DNA of 64,000 nucleotides from positions 1 through 64,000 of the forward strand of contig JBNRMN010000064.1 of assembly GCA_050309605.1 (NCBI GenBank), in the 5' to 3' direction. The notes under the pieces were generated by a model, which worked only from the letters and a program-made list of their open reading frames with translations, ran no database searches and was not told where the DNA came from. The translations under genes were made by a program, and so were the position numbers. Each line of letters starts with the position of its first letter. Position 1 is the stretch's first letter. Origin of the DNA: Anaerohalosphaeraceae bacterium (GTDB lineage: Bacteria; Planctomycetota; Phycisphaerae; Sedimentisphaerales; Anaerohalosphaeraceae). Below are positions 21,475 through 32,262 of this stretch, one piece after another.

Positions 21475-21548
21475 AGGCGGCGGTGGGATTCGAACCCACG
21501 AATAACGGTTTTGCAAACCGTCGCCTTGGACCGCTTGGCTACGCCGCC
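21475..21548 (-). tRNA. tRNA-Cys(GCA)
   Basis: Reverse complement GGCGGCGTAGCCAAGCGGTCCAAGGCGACGGTTTGCAAAACCGTTATTCGTGGGTTCGAATCCCACCGCCGCCT folds as a cloverleaf with anticodon GCA. Confidence 0.95.
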
Positions 21549-21800
21549 GTAAATAAGATTTGTCCGGCATGTCAAGAATATCCTTCCACAAGCCGGAGAA
21601 CGCACGCTCCAGCCGATACTCGGTTAATCTAAATAAAAGCGGCCGATATTGCAAGAAAAAAGGATAAAATAATAAATTCTGCCCTTAATTTTCTTGCAAC
21701 ACGGTCCTGTTTTGTGTAGTGTAATCGGCAGTTCGCCGGGAAGGGTTTTCCGGTATTACTCCTGAACAAAGCGAATCTCGAACGGCATTTATCCACTTAT

Positions 21801-21871
21801 TGGGGTATAGTGTAACGGTAGCACGACTGACTCTGGATCAGTTAGTTGGGGTTCGAATCCCTGTACCCCAG
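21801..21871 (+). tRNA. tRNA-Gln(CTG)
   Basis: TGGGGTA/TACCCCA acceptor stem, ACTGA-CTCTGGA-TCAGT anticodon arm, GTTCGAATC T-loop. Confidence 0.95.
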
Positions 21872-21909
21872 AATAAACATAAAGCACCTTAAAAAAAAGA
21901 CTTGCGATT

Positions 21910-21941
21910 AAGCCCTTGGTGCAGCAGCGGGGGCTTTTTTC
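21910..21941 (+). terminator. Intrinsic terminator after tRNA-Gln
   Basis: AAGCCCTT...GGGGGCTT followed by a T-run. Confidence 0.55.
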
Positions 21942-22184
21942 GTTTGTTATTTTGATTTTTTTCCGAATTCGCAAAATGCGGGCGCTTTTACTGTATATCT
22001 TGAATTGCCCCCGTCATCTTGTCGTGGTATAATTCCACCTGTTTTATAGTCGTGTCCTCCGCTTTTATCCGATTCATATTTTATGAAGACGGTGCGGCAC
22101 TTTGTTTTAGACAAGAATCGTCTTTTTAGAGTTCATCTGACGGCCGCGACAAGAAATCCTTGGCACAAAAGAATGAGGTGTACC

Positions 22185-23777
22185 ATGGAACGACGAAAAC
22201 GCGTGATGCAGCGGTCAATGCGGCTGGGGCATTGTGTTTGCGACCCCAAGCAGCCGTGTCCGTGCGATCTGTTCAAAGAGAAAAATATCTGTCTCTGCGC
22301 CGGTGAACGGCTGGACGAGCCAACCGGTCCGGTCGCCCTGACGCAGCTTGTGGAAAAGGCCGGCTGCGCCTCGAAGATCGACCAGGCCTTCCTCAAAGAC
22401 GTGCTCCGCGACCTGCCCGACCCCGCCGATCCGCGCGTGCTGGTCGGCACGGCCGCCGGCGATGATGCGGGCGTCTATGAACTGCCGGACGGGACGTGTC
22501 TGGTGCAAACGGTGGATGTGTTCACGCCGTCGGTCGATGATCCGTATCTGTTCGGCCAGGTCGCCGCGGCCAATTCCGTCAGCGACGTCTATGCCATGGG
22601 CGGCACGCCGCTGACGGCGCTGTCGGTCATTGGTTTTCCCGTAAGGCAAGTCCCTGACGCCGTGATGACCGACATCCTCCGCGGCGGCATCGACAAAATG
22701 CACGAAGCCGGCGTCTCGGTTATCGGCGGACACAGCATCAACGACAGCCAGCTCAAGGCCGGCTTTGCCGTAACCGGCGTGGTGGATAAACACCGCATCT
22801 TTACTAACGCCGGCGTCAAACCGGACGACGTGCTTATCCTGACCAAACCGCTGGGCACTGGGATCGTGGCCTTTGCCGCTCAAATCCGGAAAGCCGCCGC
22901 ACAAAGCCTTCAGGCCGCAGCCGAGTCGATGACGCAATTGAACAAAACCGCCGCCGAATTGATGATTCAGCACAATGCCCATGCCTGCACTGACGTTACG
23001 GGCTTTAGCCTGATGGGACACCTGGCGGAAATGGCTCTGCGCAGCGGCGTAGATGTCGAGGTGTGCTGGGACCACATCCCCCTGCTGGACGGGGTTTTGG
23101 ATTATGTTGCGGCGGGTATCCTGCCCGGCGGCATCGAACGCAACAAGGAATCCTGCGGCCATGCCGTCTTCCGCGACGCCGACGTCAGCGAACTGATGGA
23201 GGATATGCTCTATGACCCGCAGACGTCCGGCGGCCTGCTGATCGCTGTCGGGCCGGACAATGCCGATGCCCTGCTCAAAAGTCTGCACAATGCAGGTATC
23301 ACCGCCGCAGCAGCCATCGGGCAAGCAGCCGCCCCCGGCACCGGCCGCATCCGTCTGCGAACTGACCATAGCCGTCCCCGTACTGAAGCGGATAAATCCC
23401 CGGAACAAATCGCTTCCCATCAAAGCACCCCCCAATCCGTTCAATCGACTGAACCTGCCGCCGCATCGCAGGAATGCTGCTGTCCGTCATCTACAGCAAG
23501 TCCCCCGGTCGGGATGGAGGCGACGTTTCAGCAGTTTCTGGCCTCGGCCGGTCGTCCCGGCGGACTGGATGCGGTGACCAAACAGGCTGTCAATATCGCC
23601 CTGAGCGTCCTGACCCGATGCGAACCGTGTCTGCAGATTCATCTGAAAAAGGCTCAACAAATGGGATTTTCGCAGGCCGAAATCGACGAGGCCGCCTGGC
23701 TGGGTATTGCATTCGGCGGCTCACCGGCTATGATGTTCTATAAGTCAACAAGTGAAAAGGTAAAAGGTAAAAGGTAA
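22185..23777 (+). CDS. selD: Selenide, water dikinase SelD with N-terminal Cys-rich (FTR-like) and C-terminal CMD/AhpD domains
   Basis: LTQLVEKAGCASKI, DDAGVY, QTVDVFTP, ANSVSDVYAMGG, GGHS, TDVTGFSLMGH, DPQTSGGLL; RBS GAGGTG before ATG 22185. Confidence 0.93.
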   Translation: MERRKRVMQRSMRLGHCVCDPKQPCPCDLFKEKNICLCAGERLDEPTGPVALTQLVEKAGCASKIDQAFLKDVLRDLPDPADPRVLVGTAAGDDAGVYELPDGTCLVQTVDVFTPSVDDPYLFGQVAAANSVSDVYAMGGTPLTALSVIGFPVRQVPDAVMTDILRGGIDKMHEAGVSVIGGHSINDSQLKAGFAVTGVVDKHRIFTNAGVKPDDVLILTKPLGTGIVAFAAQIRKAAAQSLQAAAESMTQLNKTAAELMIQHNAHACTDVTGFSLMGHLAEMALRSGVDVEVCWDHIPLLDGVLDYVAAGILPGGIERNKESCGHAVFRDADVSELMEDMLYDPQTSGGLLIAVGPDNADALLKSLHNAGITAAAAIGQAAAPGTGRIRLRTDHSRPRTEADKSPEQIASHQSTPQSVQSTEPAAASQECCCPSSTASPPVGMEATFQQFLASAGRPGGLDAVTKQAVNIALSVLTRCEPCLQIHLKKAQQMGFSQAEIDEAAWLGIAFGGSPAMMFYKSTSEKVKGKR

Positions 23778-23845
23778 AGGGTAAAGGGTAAACGTGTGGA
23801 CGGCCTTCGGCCGGATATTTTTATTATCGCTTTTCACTTTTCCCA
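23752..23845. repeat. Heptamer tandem repeat (GTAAAAG/GTAAAGG) with partial inverted copy
   Basis: gtgaaaag-gtaaaag-gtaaaag-gtaaagg-gtaaagg-gtaaa, then cttttcacttttccc. Confidence 0.65.
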
Positions 23846-23852
23846 TCGCTTT

Positions 23853-23949
23853 GGAGGTGACAGGCAACCGGTGTTGCTCCTGGTCTTCAAAACCAGTGTG
23901 GGGCGGCGATCCCGTCCCGGGTGGGTTCGACTCCCATTCGCCTCCGCCA
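23853..23949 (+). tRNA. selC: tRNA-Sec(TCA)
   Basis: 8-bp acceptor stem GGAGGTGA/TCGCCTCC, 6-bp D stem, CTGGT-CTTCAAA-ACCAG anticodon arm, long variable arm and GCCA end; adjacent to selD. Confidence 0.95.
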
Positions 23950-23974
23950 TTTTTTTGTTTAAGCGGCCGTGCCG

Positions 23975-24502
23975 TTAATCTCGCATCCGTTTGGCCATCA
24001 TCGCCGCATACCCCTTGCTGATGTGCGGTCGGTCGGCCAGGTGCAGCCGGCCGAGCACCTTTTTGATGGTCTGTTCGTCCGGGCCTTCCACCTCGACGAA
24101 ACAGCCCAGCGGCGGCACATCGTCCAGACAAACCTCACAGCCGTCCAGCTCCCACAAACGGCGCGTTTTCGATACCGTGACATACGTTTGATATCCCAGC
24201 CGATTGAAAATCGCCGTCATTGCCGTTCCGTCGGCGATCTGTGTTTCGATTTCCTCTCGTGTCTTATAAGCGCCGCCCTGCCGCGGCCCTTTGAAGGTCA
24301 GAATCGAAACGGTATTGCCGTCGGCTGTTTCGGTGCGGATCCGAAGTCCGCAACGGTTTTTTTTCAGCATGCCGGCAACATCTCGAAAATGGACGTCGTG
24401 CTGAACACGCTCGGCAACAAAACGCGCACCGGCCGCCCTGAGACGTTCGGCCGTCAACTCAAGGGAATCGACTTTGATTTTGGCTTCAATTTCCAGCGCC
24501 AT
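23975..24502 (-). CDS. cyaB: CYTH-domain protein (class IV adenylate cyclase/triphosphate tunnel enzyme)
   Basis: EIEAK, LRIR, LTFKGP, REEIE, FVEVE. Confidence 0.88.
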   Translation of the reverse strand: MALEIEAKIKVDSLELTAERLRAAGARFVAERVQHDVHFRDVAGMLKKNRCGLRIRTETADGNTVSILTFKGPRQGGAYKTREEIETQIADGTAMTAIFNRLGYQTYVTVSKTRRLWELDGCEVCLDDVPPLGCFVEVEGPDEQTIKKVLGRLHLADRPHISKGYAAMMAKRMRD

Positions 24503-24991
24503 TCAGGAGACCTGCGCAAAATAGACGACATAATTTTTGCCGTAGTGCCTGGCGCATTTGGGGCACGTAGTGTAATACATCAAGTGCCGCTTGATTGTTT
24601 TGCCCCTGGCGATAACCCACCCCTGCATTTGTTTGCACCACAGGCGTGTCTCTTTGTATGGTCCCTCGAACACTTTTGAAAGAAATGTTCCGCTGATGGT
24701 TACATTATCGGCCTGCGGAACCTGTTTGCCAACCTCAAGATAGAGCTCCATCGTCCACGACGAAACGTGATCCGACAGAGCCAGCGGGGGCTGCGGCGTA
24801 AAGGCGCCTGCCTTGTCGATTTTGTCCATACACCGCACCATCACCTTGCCGAAATTCAGCGGGATGTGCATAAAACAACGCACCTTGTCTTTGATGAACA
24901 GCTTACCGTCCCACTGAAACTCTTTTTCGTCCCAGGATGTCGGGTCGAACTTTGGGCAGCAGCCCGTCTCTGAAGGATATGGATTGTTCAT
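24503..24991 (-). CDS. Conserved hypothetical protein (GyrI-like small-molecule-binding fold)
   Basis: CCPKFDP..WD, SKVFEGPYK, YYTTCPKCA..YGKNYVV. Confidence 0.75.
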   Translation of the reverse strand: MNNPYPSETGCCPKFDPTSWDEKEFQWDGKLFIKDKVRCFMHIPLNFGKVMVRCMDKIDKAGAFTPQPPLALSDHVSSWTMELYLEVGKQVPQADNVTISGTFLSKVFEGPYKETRLWCKQMQGWVIARGKTIKRHLMYYTTCPKCARHYGKNYVVYFAQVS

Positions 24992-25004
24992 TTCGTCTCT
25001 CCTG

Positions 25005-27575
25005 TTAAACTACAATATTGACCAGGCGCGATTTGATGACAATGACTTTCCTGGGCTTTTTTCCGTTCATAGCCGCCTGTACTTTGTCCGAGGCCAGCGC
25101 CCTTTGCCGAATCGTTTCCTCATCGGCGTCAGCGGCCACGACAATCTTGTCCTTGATTTTGCCGAGCACCTGTACAGCCAGCTCCACCTCCTTGGCCTTG
25201 CACAACTGAGGATCATAGGTCGGCCACGGCACATAGGCCAGTGTATCGCAATGACCCAGCCGCTGCCAGAGTTCCTCGGCAATGTGCGGCGCAAACGGCG
25301 ACAGCAGCAGCACAAACGTTTCAACGGCCTCTTTCGGGCGAACGGTCTGCCGCGCCAGATGGTTGATAAAAATCATCATCTGACTGATGGCCGTATTAAA
25401 CCCGAAACCTTCAATGTCCTCAGTCACTTTTTTAATCGTCTGGTGCAGCAGGCGCATCGTTTCTTCATCGGCCGGTGCGTCTTGAATCGCCGCCGTCGGC
25501 GCACCGCTGTCGGTGTCGATGAGCGTCCGCCAGACCTTATTCAGAAAACGATGCACCCCTTCAACGCCCTGCATACTCCACGGCTTGGTCGCCTCCAGCG
25601 GCCCCATAAACATCTCATACAGCCGCATCGAATCGGCGCCGTACTGATCGATCACCGCGTCGGGGTTGATGACGTTGCCGCGGGATTTGCTCATCTTCTG
25701 GTTGTCCTCGCCGAGGATCATCCCCTGATTGACCAGTTTTTTGAACGGCTCCGGCGAGGCCGTATAGCCCAGATCGTACAGCAGCTTGTGCCAGAACCGC
25801 GAATAGAGCAGATGCAGCACCGCGTGTTCGGCCCCGCCGATGTACAAATCCACCGGCAGCCAGTACTTTTCCTTTTCCGGATCGAACGCCGCGGCATCGT
25901 TTTTCGGGTCGGTATAGCGCAGATAGTACCAGCAGCTTCCGGCCCATTGCGGCATCGTGTTGGTCTCGCGCCGGGCCGTGGTGCCGTCGGGCAGGGTTAC
26001 ATTGACCCAATCGGTCGCCTTGGCCAGCGGCGGCTCACCGGTGCCGGTCGGTCGAAAGTCATCCACATCCGGCAGACCCAGCGGCAGCTCGCTTTCATCC
26101 ATTGCGATGACCTGCCCGTCTTCGGCGTGCAGAATCGGAAACGGCTCGCCCCAATACCGCTGCCGGCTGAACAGCCAATCGCGCAATTTGTAATTGATTG
26201 CCTTCTTGCCCAGACCTTTTTCTTCGAGCCAGGTTGTGATTTTTTCCTTAAACTCCGGCGTGCTCAGGCCGTCAAATTGACCAGAGTTGATCGCCGTCCC
26301 GTCGCCGGTGAAACACAATCGTTCTGCGGCCGCCTCTTTGGCCAATTCGGGATTATCAGGCCGTACCACCTGAATAATCGGCAGATTGAATTTTTTGGCG
26401 AATTCGAAATCACGGTCGTCGTGGGCGGGGACGGACATAATTGCGCCGGTTCCGTAGCTGATGAGAACATAGTCGCTGATCCAGATAGGGATTTTTTCGT
26501 TGTTGACCGGATTGATCGCATAGGCGCCGGTAAACTGGCCGGTTTTTTCTTTGGACAGATCCGTTCGATCCAGGTCGCTCTTTGTGGCGGCCTGCTGTCG
26601 ATAGGCCGTCACGGCCTCTTTATGCTCCAATGTGGTTACCTGTTCAACCAAGGGGTGCTCCGGCGCCATCACCATATACGTTGCCCCGAACAGCGTATCC
26701 GGACGGGTCGTAAAGACGCGCAGCGCCGCATCGTGGCCGACGACCTTGAAATCCACTTCCGCCCCGACGCTCTTGCCGATCCAGTCCTGCTGAAGTTTTT
26801 TAATCGATTCGGGCCAGTCCACCTCATTCAGTCCATCGAGCAGCCGCTCAGCATACTTGGTAATCCGCAGCATCCACTGCCGCATCGGCTTGCGGATGAC
26901 CGGATGGCCGCCGCGTTCGCTGACGCCTCCGACGACTTCTTCGTTGGCCAGTACCGTCCCCAAGGCCGGACACCAGTTGACCGGTGCATACGATTCATAG
27001 GCCAGCCGCTGACTGTCAATATATTTCCGCACGACCTGATCGCCCTGCGACTGAATCTCGTCGGGGATGGGCAGCTCTTCTATCGGCCGGGCCTTTTGCT
27101 GTACCTCGTCAAACCAGCTATTGTAAAACTTCAGGAATATCCACTGCGTCCATTTATAGTAGCCGATGTCGGTCGTATCGACCTGACGGTCCCAGTCGTA
27201 GGAAAAACCAAGCGCCTGAATCTGCCGCCGCATATTGTCGATATTTTTCTGCGTCGTTTGGGCCGGGTGTGTGCCGGTCTGGACGGCGTATTGCTCGGCC
27301 GGCAGCCCGAAGGCGTCCCACCCGATCGGGTGCAGCACGTTAAAGCCGCACATCCGCTTGTAGCGGGCTACAATATCGCTGGCCGTGTAGCCTTCCGGAT
27401 GCCCCACATGCAGCCCCGCCCCCGACGGATATGGGAACATATCGAGCACATAGTATTTCGGCTTGCCCGCCGCGGCCGGGTCCGAGCCGTCCGGCGTGCG
27501 AAAGGTCTTTTGGCTGAGCCATACATCCTGCCATTTCTTCTCAATCCGATTAAAATCGTATCGTCCATCCTGCAT
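25005..27575 (-). CDS. leuS: Leucyl-tRNA synthetase
   Basis: [29 protein letters not shown]. Confidence 0.98.
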   Translation of the reverse strand: MQDGRYDFNRIEKKWQDVWLSQKTFRTPDGSDPAAAGKPKYYVLDMFPYPSGAGLHVGHPEGYTASDIVARYKRMCGFNVLHPIGWDAFGLPAEQYAVQTGTHPAQTTQKNIDNMRRQIQALGFSYDWDRQVDTTDIGYYKWTQWIFLKFYNSWFDEVQQKARPIEELPIPDEIQSQGDQVVRKYIDSQRLAYESYAPVNWCPALGTVLANEEVVGGVSERGGHPVIRKPMRQWMLRITKYAERLLDGLNEVDWPESIKKLQQDWIGKSVGAEVDFKVVGHDAALRVFTTRPDTLFGATYMVMAPEHPLVEQVTTLEHKEAVTAYRQQAATKSDLDRTDLSKEKTGQFTGAYAINPVNNEKIPIWISDYVLISYGTGAIMSVPAHDDRDFEFAKKFNLPIIQVVRPDNPELAKEAAAERLCFTGDGTAINSGQFDGLSTPEFKEKITTWLEEKGLGKKAINYKLRDWLFSRQRYWGEPFPILHAEDGQVIAMDESELPLGLPDVDDFRPTGTGEPPLAKATDWVNVTLPDGTTARRETNTMPQWAGSCWYYLRYTDPKNDAAAFDPEKEKYWLPVDLYIGGAEHAVLHLLYSRFWHKLLYDLGYTASPEPFKKLVNQGMILGEDNQKMSKSRGNVINPDAVIDQYGADSMRLYEMFMGPLEATKPWSMQGVEGVHRFLNKVWRTLIDTDSGAPTAAIQDAPADEETMRLLHQTIKKVTEDIEGFGFNTAISQMMIFINHLARQTVRPKEAVETFVLLLSPFAPHIAEELWQRLGHCDTLAYVPWPTYDPQLCKAKEVELAVQVLGKIKDKIVVAADADEETIRQRALASDKVQAAMNGKKPRKVIVIKSRLVNIVV

Positions 27576-27675
27576 AAAAACCGTCCTGCCTGTCGCTTGA
27601 GTCGTAAAAATCCATATTGTTATCGGGTAAAAGACTTATTATATCCAAACGCCCCGAAAGAGCAAGAGCCGGAAA

Positions 27676-28362
27676 TTACCACCATTCGGGGCGATTGGCC
27701 GACGGGCAGTGTTTGGCAATAGGACAGCCGGCACAATCGGGTTTGCGGGCTTTGCAGACGGCCCGGCCGTGAAAGACCAGGCAATGGCTGAACATCGTCC
27801 AGCCGCCGTATTGGGTCTGTGGCACGATTTGCATCAGGTCAAACTCCAGCTTGACCGGATCGCGGTGCTCGGACAGCCCCAGCCGACGGCTCAAGCGGAT
27901 CACGTGCGTGTCGCAGACGATGCCCTGCACGCCGAAGCAGTTGCCCAGAATCACGTTGGCCGTTTTGCGTCCGACGCCGTTGAGTGAAAGCAGTTCGTCC
28001 ATTGTCCGGGGCACCTGTCCGCCGAATTGATCCCTCAGGGCCTGGCAGGTTTTTTGAATGCTTTTGGCCTTGTTGCGATAAAAACCGGTCGAGCGAATGT
28101 CGTTTTCAAGCTCTTTTTGCGGGACTTTCAGCCAGTCTTCAGGCTTGCGATATTTTTGGAACAGGTCTTTGGTGACGATATTGACGCGGACATCGGTACA
28201 CTGAGCGGCCAGAATCGTGGCGATCAGCAGCTCCAGCGGCGATGAAAAATCCAGCGACACCGTCGCGTCCGGGTAGGCTTTGCGAAGAATGGGAAATATC
28301 TTCAGCACGCGGGCCTTTGCCTGGGCCGGATCGACCTTGATAGATGCGGTTGTCTTTGCCAT
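27676..28362 (-). CDS. nth: Endonuclease III
   Basis: LLIATILAAQCTD, HhH GVGRKTANV, CxxxxxxCxxCxxxxxC Fe-S motif. Confidence 0.96.
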   Translation of the reverse strand: MAKTTASIKVDPAQAKARVLKIFPILRKAYPDATVSLDFSSPLELLIATILAAQCTDVRVNIVTKDLFQKYRKPEDWLKVPQKELENDIRSTGFYRNKAKSIQKTCQALRDQFGGQVPRTMDELLSLNGVGRKTANVILGNCFGVQGIVCDTHVIRLSRRLGLSEHRDPVKLEFDLMQIVPQTQYGGWTMFSHCLVFHGRAVCKARKPDCAGCPIAKHCPSANRPEWW

Positions 28363-28389
28363 GGTCGATATTGTAGCATCCGGCGGCGT

Positions 28390-30189
28390 TTAATCAAGCC
28401 CTTGAATCGCGTCAAACAGCTCCTGCCTGTCATAGATACCGGACAGACGTATCGGCTCATTCACATTGGGCAGCAGCAGAATTGTCATCGGTACGGTGCC
28501 GGGAATACCATAGACCTGCTGCAAGTCCACCGAGGCAGGGAAATCGGCCAATGTGGTATCGGCCTTAACCGGCAAGATGTCGGCGGCCTTGAGCGCCTCG
28601 GCGACCTGTGGATCGCGAAACACCCGATCTTCAAGGATTTTACAGTTCGTGCACCAGTCGGCGGTAAATTTGATCAAAACCGGACGATTTCGGTCAGTCG
28701 CAGCTTGTATCCGCCCGCGGTCATACGCGACCCAGTCAACCAGGTCGGTCTTTTGCGGCAGCAGCCAAAGCGCCGATACCACGGCAATCAATATCGCCAG
28801 CCCGCGAATCAGCCACTTTTTAGGCGTCGGCGTGGAAAATGATACCCATGTGCCCCACATCCAGACGACAAAAGCCGCGATCACCGCGAATGAGGCCACA
28901 TCCAGAATCCGCTCTTTGGGCAAGGCTGAGAGCGGCTTGATCGCCAGCAGCAGCAGTGCAAAGCCCATCGCCTTTTTGAATTGATCCATCCATCCGCCGG
29001 GCTTGGGGATGCGATTCAGTAAATTTGGCGCCAGCACCAAAACCGCATACGGCAGCGCCATCCCCATGCCCATCAGCAAAAACACCCAAAAGCCCATCAG
29101 CCAATGCTGGGCCTGTACCCAGATGAGCACCGCCGCCAGAATCGCCCCGCTGCACGGAATACTCAAAATCGCCGCCAGAAACCCCATCCCGAACGAACCG
29201 CTGAACGTACTGGCATCGGTCGTCTTGCCGGAAATGCTCGACGGCAGCGTCAGCGGCAATATATCAAACATAAACATCGCAAAAACGACCAGAAACACCA
29301 CCATAATGATGTCAAATGTCGCATAGCGATAGGGATCGCTGAGATTAAAGACCGCCCCGGTCGTCAGCCGCAGTGCCGAAGAAAACACCCCCACCGCGAT
29401 AAAAAACGCTGCGATCCCGACACAAAACGTCAATCCGAGGGCAATCCGACGGGAAGAATGTTCTTTAGAGATGTTCACCATCCGAGACACAATCAACGGC
29501 AGCACCGGCAGCACACACGGCATAATATTAAACGCCAGCCCCGCCAGCAGCGCCAACAGCAGCATCACGACCGTTTCCGCAGCCGATTGTGAAGACATCA
29601 GCGGCGCCGCTTTGGGATCCGAGGCAGGTGCATCGACCGCAGCGGTCAGTGCCGGGGTAAACTCCAACGCCGGCCATGCATCTGACTCAGAAAAATCGAC
29701 CTCTGCACTGAGCGTTGTTTCAAACGGCGGCAGACATAACCTGCTCGTACAGGCGATACCCCGCAGGTGAACATCAATTGTAAGTGTTTGTAAATTTTCA
29801 GGATATGATTCGATTGGAAAAACAAGATAAAAATCACCGACATAAACATCAATCTCTTTTTGAAGCGAGGCGTCATAAAACAAATTCGGCTCAGGATACA
29901 ACGTCGCGCCGAACTGCACCCCCTGAGCCTCGGCCTCGGCCTTCAATTCCAACCCCGGTGCCGGGGCGGTCTCCGGGTCGGAGTAATAATGCAGATCGTC
30001 GGTCCCACTGAATCGCACAGCAATGGCCGGCGTACCGTCGTACTGCACGGTTTCGATCCGAGCGGTCGAGTATTCCTGCTCGTGGCGGGTTATCTCAACC
30101 GGTTCGGCATATCCTGCCGCCCCAAAAAACCAAACAAAGGATAGAATGAAACTTACTGGCAAACATGACTTCATTACTCTGTTCTCCAT
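28390..30189 (-). CDS. dsbD: DsbD-like thiol:disulfide interchange protein
   Basis: N-domain CTSRLC, TM domain MPCVLP/IPCS and thioredoxin domain FTADWCTNC. Confidence 0.88.
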   Translation of the reverse strand: MENRVMKSCLPVSFILSFVWFFGAAGYAEPVEITRHEQEYSTARIETVQYDGTPAIAVRFSGTDDLHYYSDPETAPAPGLELKAEAEAQGVQFGATLYPEPNLFYDASLQKEIDVYVGDFYLVFPIESYPENLQTLTIDVHLRGIACTSRLCLPPFETTLSAEVDFSESDAWPALEFTPALTAAVDAPASDPKAAPLMSSQSAAETVVMLLLALLAGLAFNIMPCVLPVLPLIVSRMVNISKEHSSRRIALGLTFCVGIAAFFIAVGVFSSALRLTTGAVFNLSDPYRYATFDIIMVVFLVVFAMFMFDILPLTLPSSISGKTTDASTFSGSFGMGFLAAILSIPCSGAILAAVLIWVQAQHWLMGFWVFLLMGMGMALPYAVLVLAPNLLNRIPKPGGWMDQFKKAMGFALLLLAIKPLSALPKERILDVASFAVIAAFVVWMWGTWVSFSTPTPKKWLIRGLAILIAVVSALWLLPQKTDLVDWVAYDRGRIQAATDRNRPVLIKFTADWCTNCKILEDRVFRDPQVAEALKAADILPVKADTTLADFPASVDLQQVYGIPGTVPMTILLLPNVNEPIRLSGIYDRQELFDAIQGLD

Positions 30190-30654
30190 TTATGGTGTCT
30201 TGATAAGGTAGTTTACGGAAAAAACGGGGCAAAGTTTAGCATAATTTATTTACCCAAACGGTCCAATAGCCTGTTTGAGAGATCAAAAAACAAATATTAA
30301 AAAGAAAATTTGAGGATTCGCCCTTTCGGTCGAGCCATTTGATGGCCTTTTTCATAACACTGTAACATATTATATTTACTATAGTTATGTCAAAACTTAT
30401 CCGATTTTCGTTCAATTTGAATTATTTAATATCCCGGCGGGAAACCATCCTTATTCTGATGCATTTCCCACAAGAGCATCGGGGCCGTACAATGCGGGTC
30501 ACACACTGACACTCCAGCCGCCAAAGACTGTTCGACTCAAGGCAAATAAAGATGTTTTTTGTCTCGTTATATGCTATGCTCAATCCGGACTGTTGTCAAT
30601 GGCTGTCAGTGCCGATATAAATAGCGGACTTTTGTGAAAGGAATGGCCGATTTT

Positions 30655-32262
30655 ATGATCAAAGGATTTCGCCTGATCGCGATGCTGACAGTGGTCAGTC
30701 GGGTGTTCGGTATGCTGCGGGATATGGCATTTGCCTATTTTCTCGGCGCCGGACTGATTATGGATATTTGGGTAATTGCCTTTAAGATTCCGAACCTGGC
30801 CCGACGGATTTTCGGTGAAGGTGCGGCCACTTCGTCGTTTATCCCCGTCTATAGCGATCAGCTCAAAAAGGACCGCGCGGCCGCCTATCAGTTGGCTCAT
30901 ACGGTGGTTACGGTCATTGTCGTGCTGCTGACGGGCGTGGTGCTGGCGGGGCTGGGGCTGATTGCGTATATTCATCGGTTTCATGCCCCGCTGGAAAGCA
31001 CGCGGCTGATGCTGGTGCTAGCGGCGCTGATGCTGCCGTATATGGTGATGATCTGCGCCGAGGCGATTTTGGCCGGGATACTCAATACCCATCGGCACTT
31101 TGCCGCACCAGCAGCGGCCCCGATTGTGCTGAATATCGTCAACATTACGACGCTGTGTGTCGGCGGCTGGGTGATGGGGCTGGAACCGGAGCAGCACGTG
31201 TTTTTGCTGGCGTTCGGCGTCCTTGCGGCCGGCGTAATTCAGGTCGGGATGCAGATGGTGCCGATGCGGCGGCTCGGCCTGACCCTGCGCCCGGCATGGC
31301 AGGTCCACTCGGAGGCGTTTAAGCGGATTTTGTGGCTGATGGGGCCGATGATTCTGGGGATGGCGGTCACTCAACTTAATACACTGGCTGACGATATTAT
31401 CGCCAAGAGTCTGTCCGGCTCGGTCGAGAAGGGAACCTCTTTTGTGATGCTGGGACGAGAGCTACGCTATCCTGTTTGGGCCGGCTCGGTGGCGGGGCTG
31501 TTTTATGCCCAGCGGCTTTACCAATTTCCACTGGGCGTTCTGGGCATCTCGCTGGCCACGGCCATTTTTCCGGTGCTCAGCGATGCGGCCGCCGACCAGG
31601 ACGATGCCCGGCTTGCCGAGACCACACAACAGGGCCTTCAGGCGGCGATTTTTCTGGCACTTCCGTCAACGGCGGGACTGATTCTGATCGCCCGCCCGCT
31701 GGTGGCAGCGATTTACCAGCGCGGTCGGTTTACTGCGGGCGATACCGCGCTGGCAAGCGGCGTACTGATTTGTTATGCGCTGGGGTTGTGCGGGTTTTTT
31801 GTTCAGCAGATCTTGCCCCGTGTCTTTTATGCGCTGAAAAATTCCAAAGTACCCGCGCGAACGGCTGTTATGGCGGTAGTGCTGAATGTGATTCTGAATT
31901 TGACGCTGATTTGGCCGATGGGGGCGGCCGGATTGGCTTTGTCCACGGCGATTTGCTCGTATGTCCAGGCCGGGATTTTGTTATGGCTGCTGCATCGGCG
32001 GATGGGGATCCGTTTTGATGGCCGCTTTTGGTCGGTGCTGTCCAGGACGTTGTTGGGGACGGGGGTCATGGCAGCAGTCGGATGGGCGGTATTGGCGGCA
32101 CTGGGCGGATTGCCTGGCTCGTTCCGCATGGATGTCGTTCGGGTGTTGGCCACAGCAGCCGTCTGCGTGGGGGTGTATGCCGCCGCGGCTGCGGCCATGG
32201 GCAACCCGATGCTGGCACTGATCGTCGGCACTCGACGACGAAAAAACCGCAGGATGGAGTAG
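30655..32262 (+). CDS. murJ: Lipid II flippase MurJ (MviN)
   Basis: SRVFGMLRD, AFKIPNLARRIFGEGA, YAQRLYQFPLGV. Confidence 0.95.
   Translation: MIKGFRLIAMLTVVSRVFGMLRDMAFAYFLGAGLIMDIWVIAFKIPNLARRIFGEGAATSSFIPVYSDQLKKDRAAAYQLAHTVVTVIVVLLTGVVLAGLGLIAYIHRFHAPLESTRLMLVLAALMLPYMVMICAEAILAGILNTHRHFAAPAAAPIVLNIVNITTLCVGGWVMGLEPEQHVFLLAFGVLAAGVIQVGMQMVPMRRLGLTLRPAWQVHSEAFKRILWLMGPMILGMAVTQLNTLADDIIAKSLSGSVEKGTSFVMLGRELRYPVWAGSVAGLFYAQRLYQFPLGVLGISLATAIFPVLSDAAADQDDARLAETTQQGLQAAIFLALPSTAGLILIARPLVAAIYQRGRFTAGDTALASGVLICYALGLCGFFVQQILPRVFYALKNSKVPARTAVMAVVLNVILNLTLIWPMGAAGLALSTAICSYVQAGILLWLLHRRMGIRFDGRFWSVLSRTLLGTGVMAAVGWAVLAALGGLPGSFRMDVVRVLATAAVCVGVYAAAAAAMGNPMLALIVGTRRRKNRRME

Noticed and set aside
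18652..21475. tRNA-Cys-integrated island
   Set aside because: No integrase and no duplicated tRNA 3' end (att site) found by eye.
22185..23777. SelD as a selenoprotein
   Set aside because: The catalytic position is TGC (Cys) in AGCASK and there is no in-frame TGA.
23752..23792. Possible CRISPR array
   Set aside because: 7-nt tandem units with no spacers and no cas genes.
24984..27722. 912-aa plus-strand ORF
   Set aside because: Antisense shadow of leuS, with no recognisable motifs; typical of GC-rich codon bias.
30190..30654. AT-rich intergenic region as oriC or dif
   Set aside because: No DnaA-box cluster or clear dif consensus; explained as the divergent dsbD/murJ promoter region.
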